A stretch of DNA of 64,000 bases from Leucoraja erinacea (Eukaryota). The notes beneath the pieces are model-generated. The model saw only the letters and a list, made by a program, of their open reading frames with translations. It ran no database searches and had not been told where the DNA came from. The translations under genes and the position numbers were made by a program. This document shows positions 25,479-38,119 of this stretch, piece after piece; positions within the stretch are counted from its first letter, which is position 1, and each line of letters starts with the position of its first letter. The stretch lies in contig NC_073395.1 in the NCBI RefSeq assembly GCF_028641065.1, positions 21,080,001-21,144,000 on the forward strand. Reading direction: 5' to 3'.

Positions 25479-26340
25479 CAGAATCAAAGAATGTCGGGCG
25501 GGTGAACCTGCCGAGGGCAGGGCAGGCCAGCAGGAGGCGCTGCAGGCGAGGGGGCACCGATCACGACCAGGGGCGGGACGGGGTCAACGTGACACCACGC
25601 CCCCTCTTGACACAAGGTGCCCCAAGTTACAGGTAATCAAGCAATCAAGTTACCGGTATACAAGTAATCAGTCTGAAGAAGGGTCTCTACCCAAAACATC
25701 ACCCATTCCTCTCTCCAGAAATGCTGCCTGTCCCGCTACGTTGCTCCAGCATTTTGTGTCTCATCTACACAGGTAATCGAGGTTCAGTTTAGTTTATTGT
25801 CACATGTACCGAGATGCAGTGAAAAGCTTTTGTTGAATACTAACCAGTCAGCGGAAAGACAATACTTGATTACTAATCGAGTCATTCACAGTGTATAGAT
25901 ATATGATAAGGGAATAAGGTTTAGTGCAAGATCTAGTCTGATCAAAGATAGCCGAGAGTCACCTGTGAGGTAGATTCAGGTTCAGGACTGCTCTCTAGTT
26001 GTTGGTATGATGGTTCAGTTGCCTGATAACAGCTGGGAAGAAACACCCTGAATCTGGAGGTGGGCGTTTAAACATTTCTATACCACTTGCTGGATGGGAG
26101 ATGGGAGAGGGGAGAAGAGGGAGTGACAGGGGTGCGACTCGCCCTTGACTGGGAGGGGGGAGAGAGAGAGAGAGCCCTTGGGGAAGCAGCGTGAGGTATA
26201 AATGGAGTCAATGGAAGGGAGGTTGGTTTGTGTGATGGTCTGGGCTGCTTCCACAGTTCTCTGCAATTTCTTGTGGTCTGGGACTGACCTGTTCCCTAAC
26301 CAAGCTGTGATGCACCCTGGTGATTTATTTCATTCCTTAA

Positions 26341-26700
26341 CTAGATCAAAGGGGACCCATTGGGTCCCGTTCTCACAACGCGCGTTTTTTATGGGCGGGG
26401 GTCTTCGGCGTAACATACACTAACCATCCCTCACACACACTAATCCCTCCCTTGATATTATATTCATATTATTCATTTGCTCCTTTTACCCCATCCCCCA
26501 CCCTATCTGCTCACTCATAACCCCCAACTGCGCAGGCATGGCTACAGGAGGGGGGGGGGGGGGGGGTGGGAGAGGGGGTAGAGATTGAGGAGTGGGGTGA
26601 TGCGGCGTCACTGGGGCGGGCAGGATCCCGAACGCAATACTCCACCACTCGCCCATAGGTCCCAAAATTCACCACCCAAGAGAGAGGGGGGGGGGGGGGG
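26341..26700 (-). mobile_element. Non-autonomous Helitron 3' end
   Basis: Minus-strand hairpin gggacccaatgggtccc ~8 nt before CTAG|t; right boundary approximate. Confidence 0.65.
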
Positions 26701-26711
26701 CAGAGAGAAGG

Positions 26712-27636
26712 GCTCTCCACCCCTCTCCTCTCTCTCCTCTCTCCCCCCCCTCTCTCTTACCCCTCTCCCCTCTCTCTTACCCCTCCCCCTCTCTCTCCTC
26801 TTCCCCCTTCCCTCTCTCTCCTCTTCCCCCCCTCTCTCCTCTTCCCCCCCTCCCCCCTCTCCCCCCCCCTCTCTCCCCCCCTCTCCTCCCTCTCTCCCCC
26901 CCCCCTCCCCCCTCTCTCCCCCCTCTCTCCTCTCTCCCTCCCCCCTCTCCCCCTCCTCTCCCTCCCCCCCCCTCTCTCTCATCTCTCCTCTCTCCCCCCT
27001 CTCTCTCTCCTCTCCCCCCTCTCTCTCCCTCTCCTCTCTCCCCCCCTCTCCTCTCCCCCCCTCTCTCCTCTCCCCCCCTCTCTCTCCTCTCCTCCCTCCC
27101 CTCCCCCCCCTCTCTCTCTCCTCCCCCTCTCTTTCTCCCCCCCTCTCTCTCTCTCCCCCCCCCTCTCTCTCTCTCTCTCTTCTCCCCCTCTCCCCCCCCC
27201 CCTCNNNNNNNNNNNNNNNNNNNNNNNNNNNNNNNNNNNNNNNNNNNNNNNNNNNNNNNNNNNNNNNNNNNNNNNNNNNNNNNNNNNNNNNNNNNNNNNN
27301 NNNNNNNNNNNNNNNNNNNNNNNNNNNNNNNNNNNNNNNNNNNNNNNNNNNNNNNNNNNNNNNNNNNNNNNNNNNNNNNNNNNNNNNNNNNNNNNNNNNN
27401 NNNNNNNNNNNNNNNNNNNNNNNNNNNNNNNNNNNNNNNNNNNNNNNNNNNNNNNNNNNNNNNNNNNNNNNNNNNNNNNNNNNNNNNNNNNNNNNNNNNN
27501 NNNNNNNNNNNNNNNNNNNNNNTCTCCTCCTCCCCCCTCTCTCTCTCCTCTCCCTACCCTCTCTCTCTCCCCTCCATTCTCTCTCCCCACTCCTCTCTCT
27601 CTCCTCTCCCTCCCCTCTCTCTCCTCTCCCCCCCCT
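26712..27636. repeat. Polypyrimidine (C/T) low-complexity tract containing an assembly gap (N 27205-27521)
   Basis: Almost pure C/T on either side of a 317-N run. Confidence 0.95.
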
Positions 27637-28234
27637 CAATGCATTTTCAAATTTGTGCTAAAAATATCTTTGTTTGAAACCATAATTTATTTCAGAAAAG
27701 CAATTTCAACTAATTCATTTGTCAGAATGGGGTTAGGCAGAGCCCATCCAGTAATGTCAGATGACATGAATCCAGTCCTGTCCATTATTCCAGTGTGTAT
27801 GGGGCACAGGACAAAAATCAGTCCTAATGTGGCAGTGACAAAACTTGAACCAAATACACAAATAACACGCTTGATATATGAACCAAATTGCTTTTTGAAG
27901 CGCATTAAAGAGTTTTGCATTGCATTTCACTGTATTAGATTTAATCTTTGTTACCAAGCTCCATTTTTTATATTGGGGCGATATTCTTGCAATTAATGAG
28001 CAGAAGTATTCATCAGAAAACATCAAAGCACAAAAAAAATCAATGTCTCCACAAAAATGGTTCTAAAAATCTAATCTTATCTTAAAAACAAAATTTAAAT
28101 TTCAACCATTCCCCAGAAATTGAAATATTCCACAGAATGTTTTCTTTCATAGTCATTAATTGTCCTAATCTAAAATATCCAACACCCCCCCCTGATGCTT
28201 TACTCCTTATATGTTACCCATAATAATTTATAAT

Positions 28235-28900
28235 GTCCACAACTCCCTGGTTAGTTCATCCCTTCCCACCCAAACCAAGGTAACCTTCCACTGCAACTGC
28301 AGAAGATGCAACACCTGTCCCCATACATCCTCCCTTGACTCTGTCCAGACACCCCAACAGTCCTTTCAGGTTAGGCAGAGGTTCACTTGCACCTCTTCCA
28401 ACCATATCTACTGTATCCGTTGTTCAAGATGTGGACGTATACATCGGTGAGACCAAATGTAGACTGGGCGATTGGTTCACTGAATACCTTCGCTCAGTCC
28501 GACTGAACCTACCTGATCTCACGGTTGCTAAACACTTTAATTTTCCTTCCCATTCTCACACTGACCTTTCTGTCCTAGGTCTTCCCCATTGTCAGAGTGA
28601 GGCTAAACACAAATTGGAAGAACAGCATCTCATATTTCACTTGGGCAGCCTACAGTCCAGTAGTATGAATATTGAATATCTCTAACTTCAAGTAACCTCA
28701 GCATTCCATCTCTATCCCTCCCCCACTGAAGTCGCACCAGCTCCTCATTTTCACCCAACAAAAAGCTAAAAATGGGTAGGAAGGAACTGCAGATGCTACT
28801 TTAAACCAAAGATAGACACTTAAAAGCTAGAGTAGCTCAGTGGGACAGGTAGCATCTCTCTCCAGAACATGGATAGGTCATGTTTTGGGTTGAGAGCCTT
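28235..28900 (+). mobile_element. Penelope-like element 3' fragment (GIY-YIG)
   Basis: TFHCNCRRCNTC..FTCTSSNHIYCIRCSRCG..YIGETKCRLGDWFTEY; homologous to 1860-2330. Confidence 0.88.
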
Positions 28901-29192
28901 CTACAGCATTTTGGTTTGGTATCATTTATGGAGCCATAGAGCGGATGGAAGTTTGACCTAATCACTTAGGATTCACCAGCAATGTTACGATTTAGCAGAT
29001 TACACATGGCATCCAGCCTGATCTGAGAATGTTCATTTTTAAAATGGGTTTACTTGAAAAATTTATATATTTGCGATTGGAATTGATCTAGTTTTCATGT
29101 GGATTAATGAAAGTTTCACTTTTTTCTCTTAACTGCAAAATCCAACATTCAGGGAGGCAACAAATACAGAGCTGGAAGAAGGTTAATGTGTA

Positions 29193-29323
29193 TTATACAT
29201 AGGCAAACATGTTGGTGTACTTCTGTTGTGCAAGATATACGCCACTGACAATAATAATAATGAGAAATGGTCTGATTACTAAAACTGTAATACAATAATT
29301 GTCACACGGGGAATTTGAATGTC
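29193..29323 (-). CDS. Copy C exon 6 (TM helix + short tail)
   Basis: HSNSPCDNYCITVLVIRPFLIIIIVSGVYLAQQKYTNMFAYV*; strong polypyrimidine acceptor. Confidence 0.88.
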
Positions 29324-32300
29324 CTGCAAAAAAAGAAAAAATGACATGTGAAAAACAGATTGTACTCTCTTAACACTCAAACAAATCATTTAAAGATTTA
29401 ATATTAAAATGTACTCACTTGTCACATCACGTGTTGCATTTCCTAATAAAGATAAAACATAAGGATGAATAATCTTTGTTGCAAGTGAGAATTATTTAAT
29501 TAATCTCTGTCAGTATTAAAGTCTGAATGATTAGTGAAATATACAAAGAGCTTATGTGACTCAAACTTACTGCACAATTTATTTTCACACCATTCTTGTG
29601 GGCACTTAGTACATGCATTTCCTCTTGAATAAGGATGCCATGGATAATTTCCACTGTGGGAAATGAAGAGACATAAATATTAATGTATTATTAATAGCAC
29701 CATCTAAATAGAACTTAATGGAAGAGAGACTTACGGTGGCCCATAATCACAAACAAAAATGGATGAAGGCGCAGAGCTGTAGCTAGTAATTCCGTTTGGA
29801 CAGTAGTGAACTGCACAGCCAACCTTGTAACTTGATGCCCAGACGATCTTGAAATCAAAATATGGGGGAAAAATCAATCATTATGATAATCTACTCTCAA
29901 GCAAATCTTCAAAGTTCATGGGGACACTTTGACCCTAGCCAGTTAAAAATGGTGCAAAGTACTCTCCATGTGAAAACTTAACAGGAGCTCTTGCTCTAAA
30001 AGGTTTATCCCACTCTTCAATGGCACACAATTAAGATCAACAGAGTATTTCTTTAAATATAAGCACCCACTGGCAGAGTTTTGTACTTATTGTAGATTCT
30101 TCACTTTTCAACAATGATAAGAAGAGAAACCAGGGTCAGATGTTCCATGAGATCATAAGAAACAAAAGTGGGAGCAGGCAATTTGGCCCCTCATTCCTGC
30201 TCTTTCCTTCTATAATATTACAGCTGATCTTTTATCTCAGTATTATATATCAAAAAATCTATCTTTGCCTCAAATATATTCAGGGACTGAGCTCCAAGAA
30301 CTTCGTAGGTAGTGAAATCTGAAAAAACAGCAGTATCTGAGTGAAGAACCTTCTTATTAGAATGTTTGTCACTTATTGTGTGACTGACAGTTTCTCAATG
30401 ATCCAGCTAGGAGAAATACCACCCCTATATCCACTCCATCAAGAATTTAGAGTGTTACATTGAGATCGACTTTCATTCTCCTGATGTCAAGAGACTATAA
30501 GTTCAGTCTACATGAATTCTCCTCCCATGGCAACTCTCCGATTATCAATCCCCTGGAGAGAAAATAAATGTCACCAGAGTGACATACATAAATATATCAA
30601 CTTCATTTAAATAAACTATTCTAATATTTTAATCCTTTCAAAATATCACCAGATCTTCCCATTAGGCTTTGCCAGTGTGTAAAAAAAAAAGTCCCTCACT
30701 GCATTAGGAAGGACCCAAAGTGCTGGAGTGCAGGTCAGGCAATTCAGGAGAATTCAAGATTTATGCCACTAGGATGCAGACTAACCAAGAGGAATATGAG
30801 GTGCTGTTCCTCTCATTTCCGGTGGTGCTCATTCGGGCCATGGAGGAGGCCCAGGACAGAGAGGTCGGATATACGGAATGGGAGGGGGAGTTGAAGTGCT
30901 GAGCCACTGGGAGGTCAGGTTGGTTAATGCAGACCGAGCGGAGGTGTTCGGCGAAATGATCGCCAAGCCTACGCTTGGTCTCACCGATGTAGATCAGCTG
31001 TCATCTAGAGCAGTGGATGCAATAGATGAGGTTGGAGGAGATGCAGGTGAACTTCTGTCGCACCTGGAATGACTGCTTGGGTCCTTGAATGGAGTCGAGG
31101 GGGGAGGTAAACCGACAAGTGTGGCATCTCTTGCGGTTGCAAGGGAAAGTGACTGGGGAGGGGGTGGTGCGGGAGGGAAGGGAAGAATTGACAAGGGAGT
31201 TAAGGAGGGAGCGGTCTTTGCGGAAAGCAGACGGGGGGGGGGGGGGGGGATGTGGCGAGTGGTGGGGTCACGTTGGAGGTGGCGAAACTGAGGGAGGACT
31301 ATTTGTTGTATGTGACGGCTACTGGGGTGAAAGGCGAGGACTAGGGGGACTCGGCCCTTGTTGCGATTGGGGGGGGATGGGGAGAGAGAGCAGTGTTACG
31401 GGGTATGGAAGAGACCCTGGTGTGAGCCTCATCTATAGTAGGGGAGGGGAACCCCCGTTCCCTGAAGAATGATTAATTGCTTGTCAAATAATGTAATACT
31501 ACAGAATAGTTGTATAACAACAATGCCATTGTTGGTCAATGTATTAAAACTTAATGTTTTAGCATAAACAATGAGACGTGTATGCGGGAGTTAAAGGGAA
31601 AGAGAGTGCAGGAAAAGTCACAGGAGTTTCCAGAAGTAATAGGAGTGAAGGTAAGGTTGGGTAATATCAGGATCAGTATGCGAGGAGGGGGATTGAATAC
31701 TGATTTAAAGGTGTTATATTTGAATGCATGTATGTGACCAAGTTTGAAGATGATACGAAAATAGGTGGAGGGGCAGGTAGTGTAGAAAAAGCAGGGACTC
31801 TGCAAAAGGACCTGGACAGGTTGGGAGATTGGGGAGATAGAATATAGTGTAACAAAGTGGGGGAGTCTTGCTTTTTAATAGTAGAAACTAGACTAAGTGG
31901 GACCCGTTGGGTCCCATGGCACACGGGAGGGCTGGTCACCCAACGCAATATTCCACCTCTCCACCAATTCCAATATTGGTGGCCAGTGTTGGGGCTTTCT
32001 GGAGTGCTGGTATGGGTTCTTGGGGTGGCAGCTCAGTCCCTCAAGCCTGATCTGCTGGCAGCTCACTCACGGCTGGTGGGCTGGCAGTTGACTCGTGACT
32101 ATTCCTTGAAATTCCATTTCAAGCAGGGTGCAAGTCCACCAAATTCAAATCCATGTTCCTACCATTTCAAGCAAGGTGCAAGTCCACCAAATTCAAATCC
32201 ATGTTTCTACCATTTCAAGCAGGGTTCAAGGCCACCAAATTCAAGTGCAGTTTCTTACCACTATGAGCAGGGTGCAAAGCCACCGAATTCAAGTGCAGTT

Positions 32301-35300
32301 TCCAACCACTGCAAGCAGGGTGCAAGGCCACTGAATACAAGTGCTGTTTCATACCACTTTCAGCAGGGTGTAAGGCCACCAAATTCAGTGCCGTTTTATT
32401 CCACTTCAAGCAGGGTCCAAGACCACCAAACTCAAATGCAGCTTCATACCATTTCATGCAGGGTGACACCACCATAAAACCACACAAAACACCAAACTCA
32501 CAGTTCAATAGACATTCAGTGTGTTCAGTTGATTCACAGCTCAGACAGAGTCATGACCTCTCCCTCCCCCATCATGCAGAGACTGAGCCACACCCACACT
32601 TCCGGGTTTTTAAACCCCTCCCCCTCCCACCGGAAAAGGTGTGGCTTTCAGGGCGTGATTGACAGGAGATATTCTCAACATTTTTTAAACACTAATAACA
32701 CTTTTATTTTTAATTGATGGGAAGAATTCTCTGCACCTGCTCAGCGGAGGGGGGACTGAGTAAGATGGCCAAAAATCACAGCCGTAAGTATAGCGTTTTA
32801 TCTAAAATAAATATACAGTGCAAACAGGAAGTAAGTGCATTTGCAGTAGTGCCTTTCAACTTTAAACCAAAGCTCCCAAGCCACCATTTGCAGTAAGTAG
32901 TGCCTTTCAACCTCATGCCACCATTTGCAGTAAGTAGTACCTTTCAACTTCAAGCCAAAGCACCCAAGCCACCATTTGCAGTAAGAAGTGCCTTTCAACT
33001 TCAAGCCAAATCACCCGCCACCATTTGCAGTAAGTAGTGCCTTTCAACTTCAAGCAAAGCACCCAAGCCACCATTTGCAGTAAGTAGTACCTTTCAACCT
33101 CAAGCCAAAGCACCCAAGCCACCATTTGCAGCAAGTAGTGCCTTTCAACTTCAAGCCAAAGCACCCAAGTCACCATTTGCAGTAAGTAGTGCCTTTCAAC
33201 TTCAAGCCAAAGCTCACAAGCCACCATTTGCAGTAAGTAGTGCCTTTCAACTTTAAACCAAAGCTGCCAATCCACCATTTGCAGTAAGTAGTGCCTCTCA
33301 ACGTCAAGCCAAAGCACCCAAAGCAACCATTTGCAGGCAGTGCCTTTTTACTTAAAAAAAAAACATATTTTCATTTTCAAACCACATTAAGGATACTCAC
33401 AGTTGTGTAGGCATTTGTTCAGTGTTATTCAGAGCTCAGGGAGACGTGACCCTTGGCTTCATCCATCTTGCAGAGAGTAAGTGAGGTACACCACTTCCTG
33501 GTTTTATAGTCCCTCCCCCTCCCTCCAGCAGGTGCAGCAGAGAGAATGGTGATGTTTTTAAACTTCAAGCCAAAGCACTCAAGCCACCATTTGCAGTAAG
33601 TAGTGCCTTTCAACTTCATGCCACCATTTGCAGTAAGTAGTGCCTTTCAACTTCAAGCCAAAGCATCCAAACAACCATTTGCAGGCAGTGCCTTTTTACC
33701 TCAAACAAACCATATTTTCATTTTCAAACCACATTAAGGGTACTCACAGTTGTGTAGACATTTGTTCAGTGTTATTCAGAGCTCAGGGAGACGTGACCCT
33801 TGGCTTCATCCATCTTGCAGAGAGTGGGTGAGGCACACCACTTCCTGGTTTTATAGTCCCTCCCCCTCCTTCCAGCAGGGGCAGCAGAGAGAATGGTGAT
33901 TTTTTTAAAAACATTAATATCTCTCTGATTTGTCATCGATGGGAAAAGTCCTCCGCACCCGTTAGGCGGAGGGGGGCTCTGGGCGAGGTGGCCAAAAATG
34001 ACGGCCGTAGGTGGCGGCGTTCTGTCGGAAATCGCAGCACATTAGACCAAAAGCTGTCAAGATCAGAGATTTAGTAATATAGATAAAGGCGTAGACTATT
34101 TCTAAATGAGAGAATCCAGAAATCAGAGGTGCAAAGCAAAGATCCTACAGTTTCTTCTTTAGTTTCAGAACATTATTAAAGTTAAATTATAGAAACTGTG
34201 ATTTGAACCACAGATGTCTGGAATATTAGTGCAGTCCCCTTAATGACTGGTCGGTGGCAGTTAATCAAATGTTTGATCTCTCCCCTCCCCCCTTTATGAA
34301 ATGCATCTACTGAACATAGCACGCACACAAGAACCCAAGAAAATAGAAGCTGGTGTTATTCATTTGGCATTTCAAGATGGCGTGTCATTCAGTCTGATCC
34401 ATCCATGTTTCAACCCCTCCTTGGTCCGAAATCAGATTGTAAAATGTTGGATAACCAAGCTTTTACATTAAATGGAACTGAGGTACTGGTGAGCCATGAT
34501 CTAATAAATTGTAGCTCAATCGTGGAATAGGTCTGATATTCTTGGCACTTATCTAAAAAAAAGTTTTAGAATTGAATTATGAGGATTCAGAAATTAAGCA
34601 TTAGCCTAGAAAGAGGTTTTTAATTACAAAGCAGCCAGTTCAAGAAATACAAAAGTTGCTAATTTCCGACAGTCAATGAGCAATCTAGCTTGTTGTGCCT
34701 GGTTACCACTCAACATTTAGTTTCTCTCTGACCCGACAACAATCATCTCATACAAGTGATAATAATCATGGACATATCAGCAGATAGACACAAAAAGCTG
34801 GACTAACTCAGCGGGTCAGGCAGCATCTTTGAAGAAAAGAATATGTGAAGTTTTGGATCTGAAGAAGGGTCTCAACTCAAAACAACACCTATTTATTTTC
34901 TCCAGAGATGCTGCCTGACCCACTGAGTTACTCCAGCTATGTGTGTCCATCTTCTGTTAAAACCAGCATCTGCAGTTCGATTCTATACATCGTGATATCA
35001 CCAGTATCAATTCCCTATTTTTCACTAGGGGCTGGAAAAGCAAGCCAATCCACAAATATTTCCATCCATACTGTTGGGGAGGAAATGGACAGGTAACATA
35101 TGTAGTTCATTTAAATACATAATATAATAATCAGAACTATCTATCATATGAATAAATCACTTATTGCTGAAAAACTAGCTGTTGAGAATAATAGCACTAT
35201 TTTTGATTATCATTTTGACTGATTAAATTATTTGTGCAAAATAGATTACCTGGGTGTAGTGGCCACACACCTTTGTGCATCTTCGAGAATCATAATTGTA

Positions 35301-37494
35301 ATGTTTAACCTCATCATACCAAAGTTGGATTGCAGCAGGAACATTTACTTTTGAACCTGCTGTAACATAGATGTTCTCCCCAAGAGTGTTGAATACTGGA
35401 TGAAGTTTGCCTTTTGTTTTTAGGTCGCTGTTGTGGTCAAAAATGCATTTCTTACTCCATGCAAGGGCTACCTCAGCAAGAATCCCATCCCACGACTGGA
35501 ATAAAAAATAACACATCAACACTTGAATTAGAGAAATGCAGCTAAGAATTAAAAAACATTCTGCATTCAAAATGTTTTGTTGTGTTCTCAGTACACCGAT
35601 TAACGGGAAGAATGTTTGCACTTGCATTGAGAATGAATAATGTTTACGTTCACATTTCCTTTACTCATTCCACTTGAGGAGGATAAATAATGAAAGGTTT
35701 TAAATGACCAAGCACTCAGTGGAGAAACTTGGTTGTTTTTCTTTTAATAAGAACATACAAAATTACTATTTTGGGTAAGCCATAAAGAATTATTAGACTA
35801 GTTCTTAACATAAATTTTAAACAGCTAGTTTAGAAGTGATCTCTTTGAAGCATGAAAACAAGCTCTTCAGCAAACTAAATCAGTTGGTGTCAGACATCGA
35901 CCACTCATTCTACATGAATCCCTTTTTATTCTATCTGCATGTAAATCCAGATGTTGGTTTGCAGATGGTGAAGGGTCACAAACTGAAAGATCACATATCG
36001 ATGTTCTGCAGAGATTCTGCCTGATCTGCTGAGTTACTCCAGCACTTTGTGTCTATTTTGATATAGGGAGGTTGCACGGCAGTCGGGTCACGACCCGTGA
36101 CCCATACTATTGCCATGCTACGCCAACTGGAGTACACGCGATGAACTGCAGGTAAGCACTTACCATTGTTTCCAGCGTAGCGGGCCCGTTAAAAACCGCC
36201 AAAAATGTCAATTTTTGCGCAATAATAATTATGGAAATTGGGGTAAGCGTGAGAGATATTTATCCTACTTCAGAATTCCAAAAGTGAGGAGAAATGACAG
36301 TAGAGAGAAGCAGCAACGGAAGGGGCAACAACAGCTAAAGTGCTTGGCGAACATTGGCCGTGCGGATATCAAGCTTGAAAATATTGGGAATTATCGCGTT
36401 TGCTCACTGTATTTCATCAACAGTAAGGCATTATTTGTGTTTTTTCTTGATTCCTTTGGTATCTAAAAAGTTTCAGAAGTGATAAATCTGGCTGTAAAAT
36501 ATTAAAATCGCCCATAGTTCTCAAATGGGTTTTTACATACATAAAATAAAACACTTCTGAAGCAAAATTTATTATTTAGGATATTTTTAAGGCGGGGTTT
36601 GACATATTCTTGAACAGTAAGGGTGCCAAGGGTTACGGGGAGAAGGCAGGAGAATGGGGTTGGGAGATCAGTCATGATTGAATGGCGGACTAGACTTGAT
36701 GGGCTGCATGGCCTATTTCTGCTCCCATAACTTTTAAATTATGAATTTATAATCACCACCTCCAGCATTTTAGGTCTTTGTTTCAAATTTCTAGCATCAC
36801 CTGTATTTTGCTTTTCTTATAGTAACTCAATTGTCCCTGTGAACAGACCTAAATAACTGCAAGTAATTTCCGGTAAACGTCCCTTCCTCCTTTCCATCAC
36901 CCCCACACCCCCTGACCGTTAACTTGTTCTTTCCTTATTCTCAGAAAGGGACTTCGACCTGAAACGTTCAGCCTTTTTTTTCTTTCTATATTACGCTGCT
37001 CAGCGTTTTCAGTATTTTCTGTTGTTATTTCAGATTTGCAGTATCTGCAGTTTTTTGGTTCCAATTTTGGTTTCACGAAGCGCTGCAAAGAAGCAGCTGA
37101 GTGCACGTTCTCCGGCGGTGCTTTAACAGTACAAATTGAACGGCATTACAACCGCGCGAATCGTTTTACAAAGAAAGTCAATGCCTACACACCCAATCTT
37201 TGTACTCACATCACCTTAAAAACCACACAGCCCCAGTTCTCTCTAAACATCACCTTGTAGCCGTACAATTAACAAGCATTGCAACTCTTGACATTGTGTT
37301 GCAGTGTCGCGAAGTGCGTTATTTCTTCATACCATGTACAGCATGTCGCTGGCGGGAGGGTCAACTTGAGAGCGGTATAGATTGTGGGTATCGACGCAGT
37401 TCTTGATGAAATCCTCGTCGTGTATGTCAACTGTGGTTCCCACTCCAAAAGCAGCGAGGTAAAATAGTGCATGCAGCGGAACCTTGCCCGACAT
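29193..37494 (-). CDS. GLIPR1: GLIPR1-like CAP protein copy C, whole gene model (252 aa; canonical, C-terminal TM)
   Basis: join(37333-37494,35250-35495,29735-29847,29571-29653,29419-29442,29193-29323) = 759 nt, open frame, all GT-AG; intact CIFDHN, GENIY, WYDE, CGHYTQIVW, KVGCA, FVCDYGPPGN motifs. Family assignment is firm; strict orthology to GLIPR1 is not. Confidence 0.88.
29419..29442 (-). CDS. Copy C exon 5 (24-nt micro-exon)
   Basis: tttattag|..(R)NATRDVT..|gtgagt. Confidence 0.75.
29571..29653 (-). CDS. Copy C exon 4
   Basis: GNYPWHPYSRGNACTKCPQEWCENKLC; cag| and |gtaagt. Confidence 0.9.
29735..29847 (-). CDS. Copy C exon 3
   Basis: IVWASSYKVGCAVHYCPNGITSYSSAPSSIFVCDYGPP; |gtaagt. 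Confidence 0.92.
30740..31472 (-). mobile_element. Penelope-like element fragment (GIY-YIG region)
   Basis: Reverse strand FTCISSNLIYCIHCSR..YIGETKRRLGDHFAEHLRS. Confidence 0.85.
32113..32470. repeat. 48-bp tandem repeat (~7 units) inside the Helitron
   Basis: ccatttcaagcagggtgcaagtccaccaaattcaaatccatgttccta-type units. Confidence 0.9.
32838..33345. repeat. 51-bp tandem repeat (~10 units) inside the Helitron
   Basis: ccaccatttgcagtaagtagtgcctttcaacttcaagccaaagcacccaag units; more copies at 33560-33690 in a ~350-bp duplication. Confidence 0.9.
35250..35495 (-). CDS. Copy C exon 2 (CAP core)
   Basis: SWDGILAEVALAWSKKCIFDHNSDLKTKGKLHPVFNTLGENIYVTAGSKVNVPAAIQLWYDEVKHYNYDSRRCTKVCGHYTQ. Confidence 0.93.
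36065..36590 (+). mobile_element. ISL2EU/Harbinger-like DNA transposon left end with decayed THAP domain
   Basis: AT|agggaggttgcacgg terminus shared with 38491; SYFRIPKV...LANIGRAD...YRVCSLYFI resembles a THAP zinc finger. Confidence 0.65.
37333..37494 (-). CDS. Copy C exon 1 (absent from the ORF track)
   Basis: MSGKVPLHALFYLAAFGVGTTVDIHDEDFIKNCVDTHNLYRSQVDPPASDMLYM|gtatga; in-frame stop 9 codons upstream of the ATG. Confidence 0.9.
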
Positions 37495-38119
37495 TCTCAC
37501 GTCCGTATAGAGAAGTCCTTACACCAGAAAATTTGCAACAGGAAGTCACCAATTTCACACCAACAAAGTAACGATAGCGTCTGCCGCTGAAAGTGGGGGC
37601 TTCCCCCCCGATCGATGTTAAGGTGGAGAGCAATGATGGTCAGTGTTTAAGAATACTTTTCCCGTTTACTAATCATGGGCTGGGCACATTCCCTTGGCGC
37701 CGCCTCTCTGTTGCTGGATCTCGCTTGTCGTGGGGAAGGGTTGCACCAACCTATACAATGATCCCGGATACAAGGTATTTTAAGAAGTGAAATACCTACC
37801 CACGCAGAAGCCGTAAAAAACCCCCCACAGATCTCAAAAAGAAAACTAACCTGCGGTCGCCCATAGGTCACTTTAAAAATGATTGATCCAGAAGGAAGTT
37901 GATTAAAAACCTTTCAAAGGAATAAAAATATGCAGAAAGTATACTGCCTAATAAGGTCCCAGAGCGTGACATTCTTCACCTCCTAACTACTTTTTAAAGG
38001 TGTGAGAGTTTCTCTCTCCATCATCCTTTCAGGCAGTGAGTATTAAGACCAAATCAAACTCCCTGGGTGAAAAATTGTTTCCCTCTTGATTTATATCCTA
38101 TTAGTTACTTTCAATCTGG

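Larger units (their letters stand above)
31888..34083 (-). mobile_element. Complete non-autonomous Helitron with internal minisatellites
   Basis: Minus strand a|TCTATATTACTAAA ... gggacccaacgggtcccacttagtCTAG|t; no TSD; removing it rejoins a CR1 fragment (agtagaaa+taaaggcgtagac). Confidence 0.88.

Noticed and set aside
26585-27661. Long Pro/Ser/Leu- or Arg/Glu/Gly-rich ORFs
   Set aside because: Translation of a C/T low-complexity tract across an N gap
31857-33326. Repetitive-protein ORFs (YHFKQGASPPNS.. and LEVERHYLLQMVAWVLW..)
   Set aside because: Frames stay open only because the 48- and 51-bp units are multiples of three; they lie inside a Helitron with no splice or start context
36110-36466. 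Possible host THAP-domain gene
   Set aside because: Zinc-ligand positions are mutated and it lies inside a transposon end
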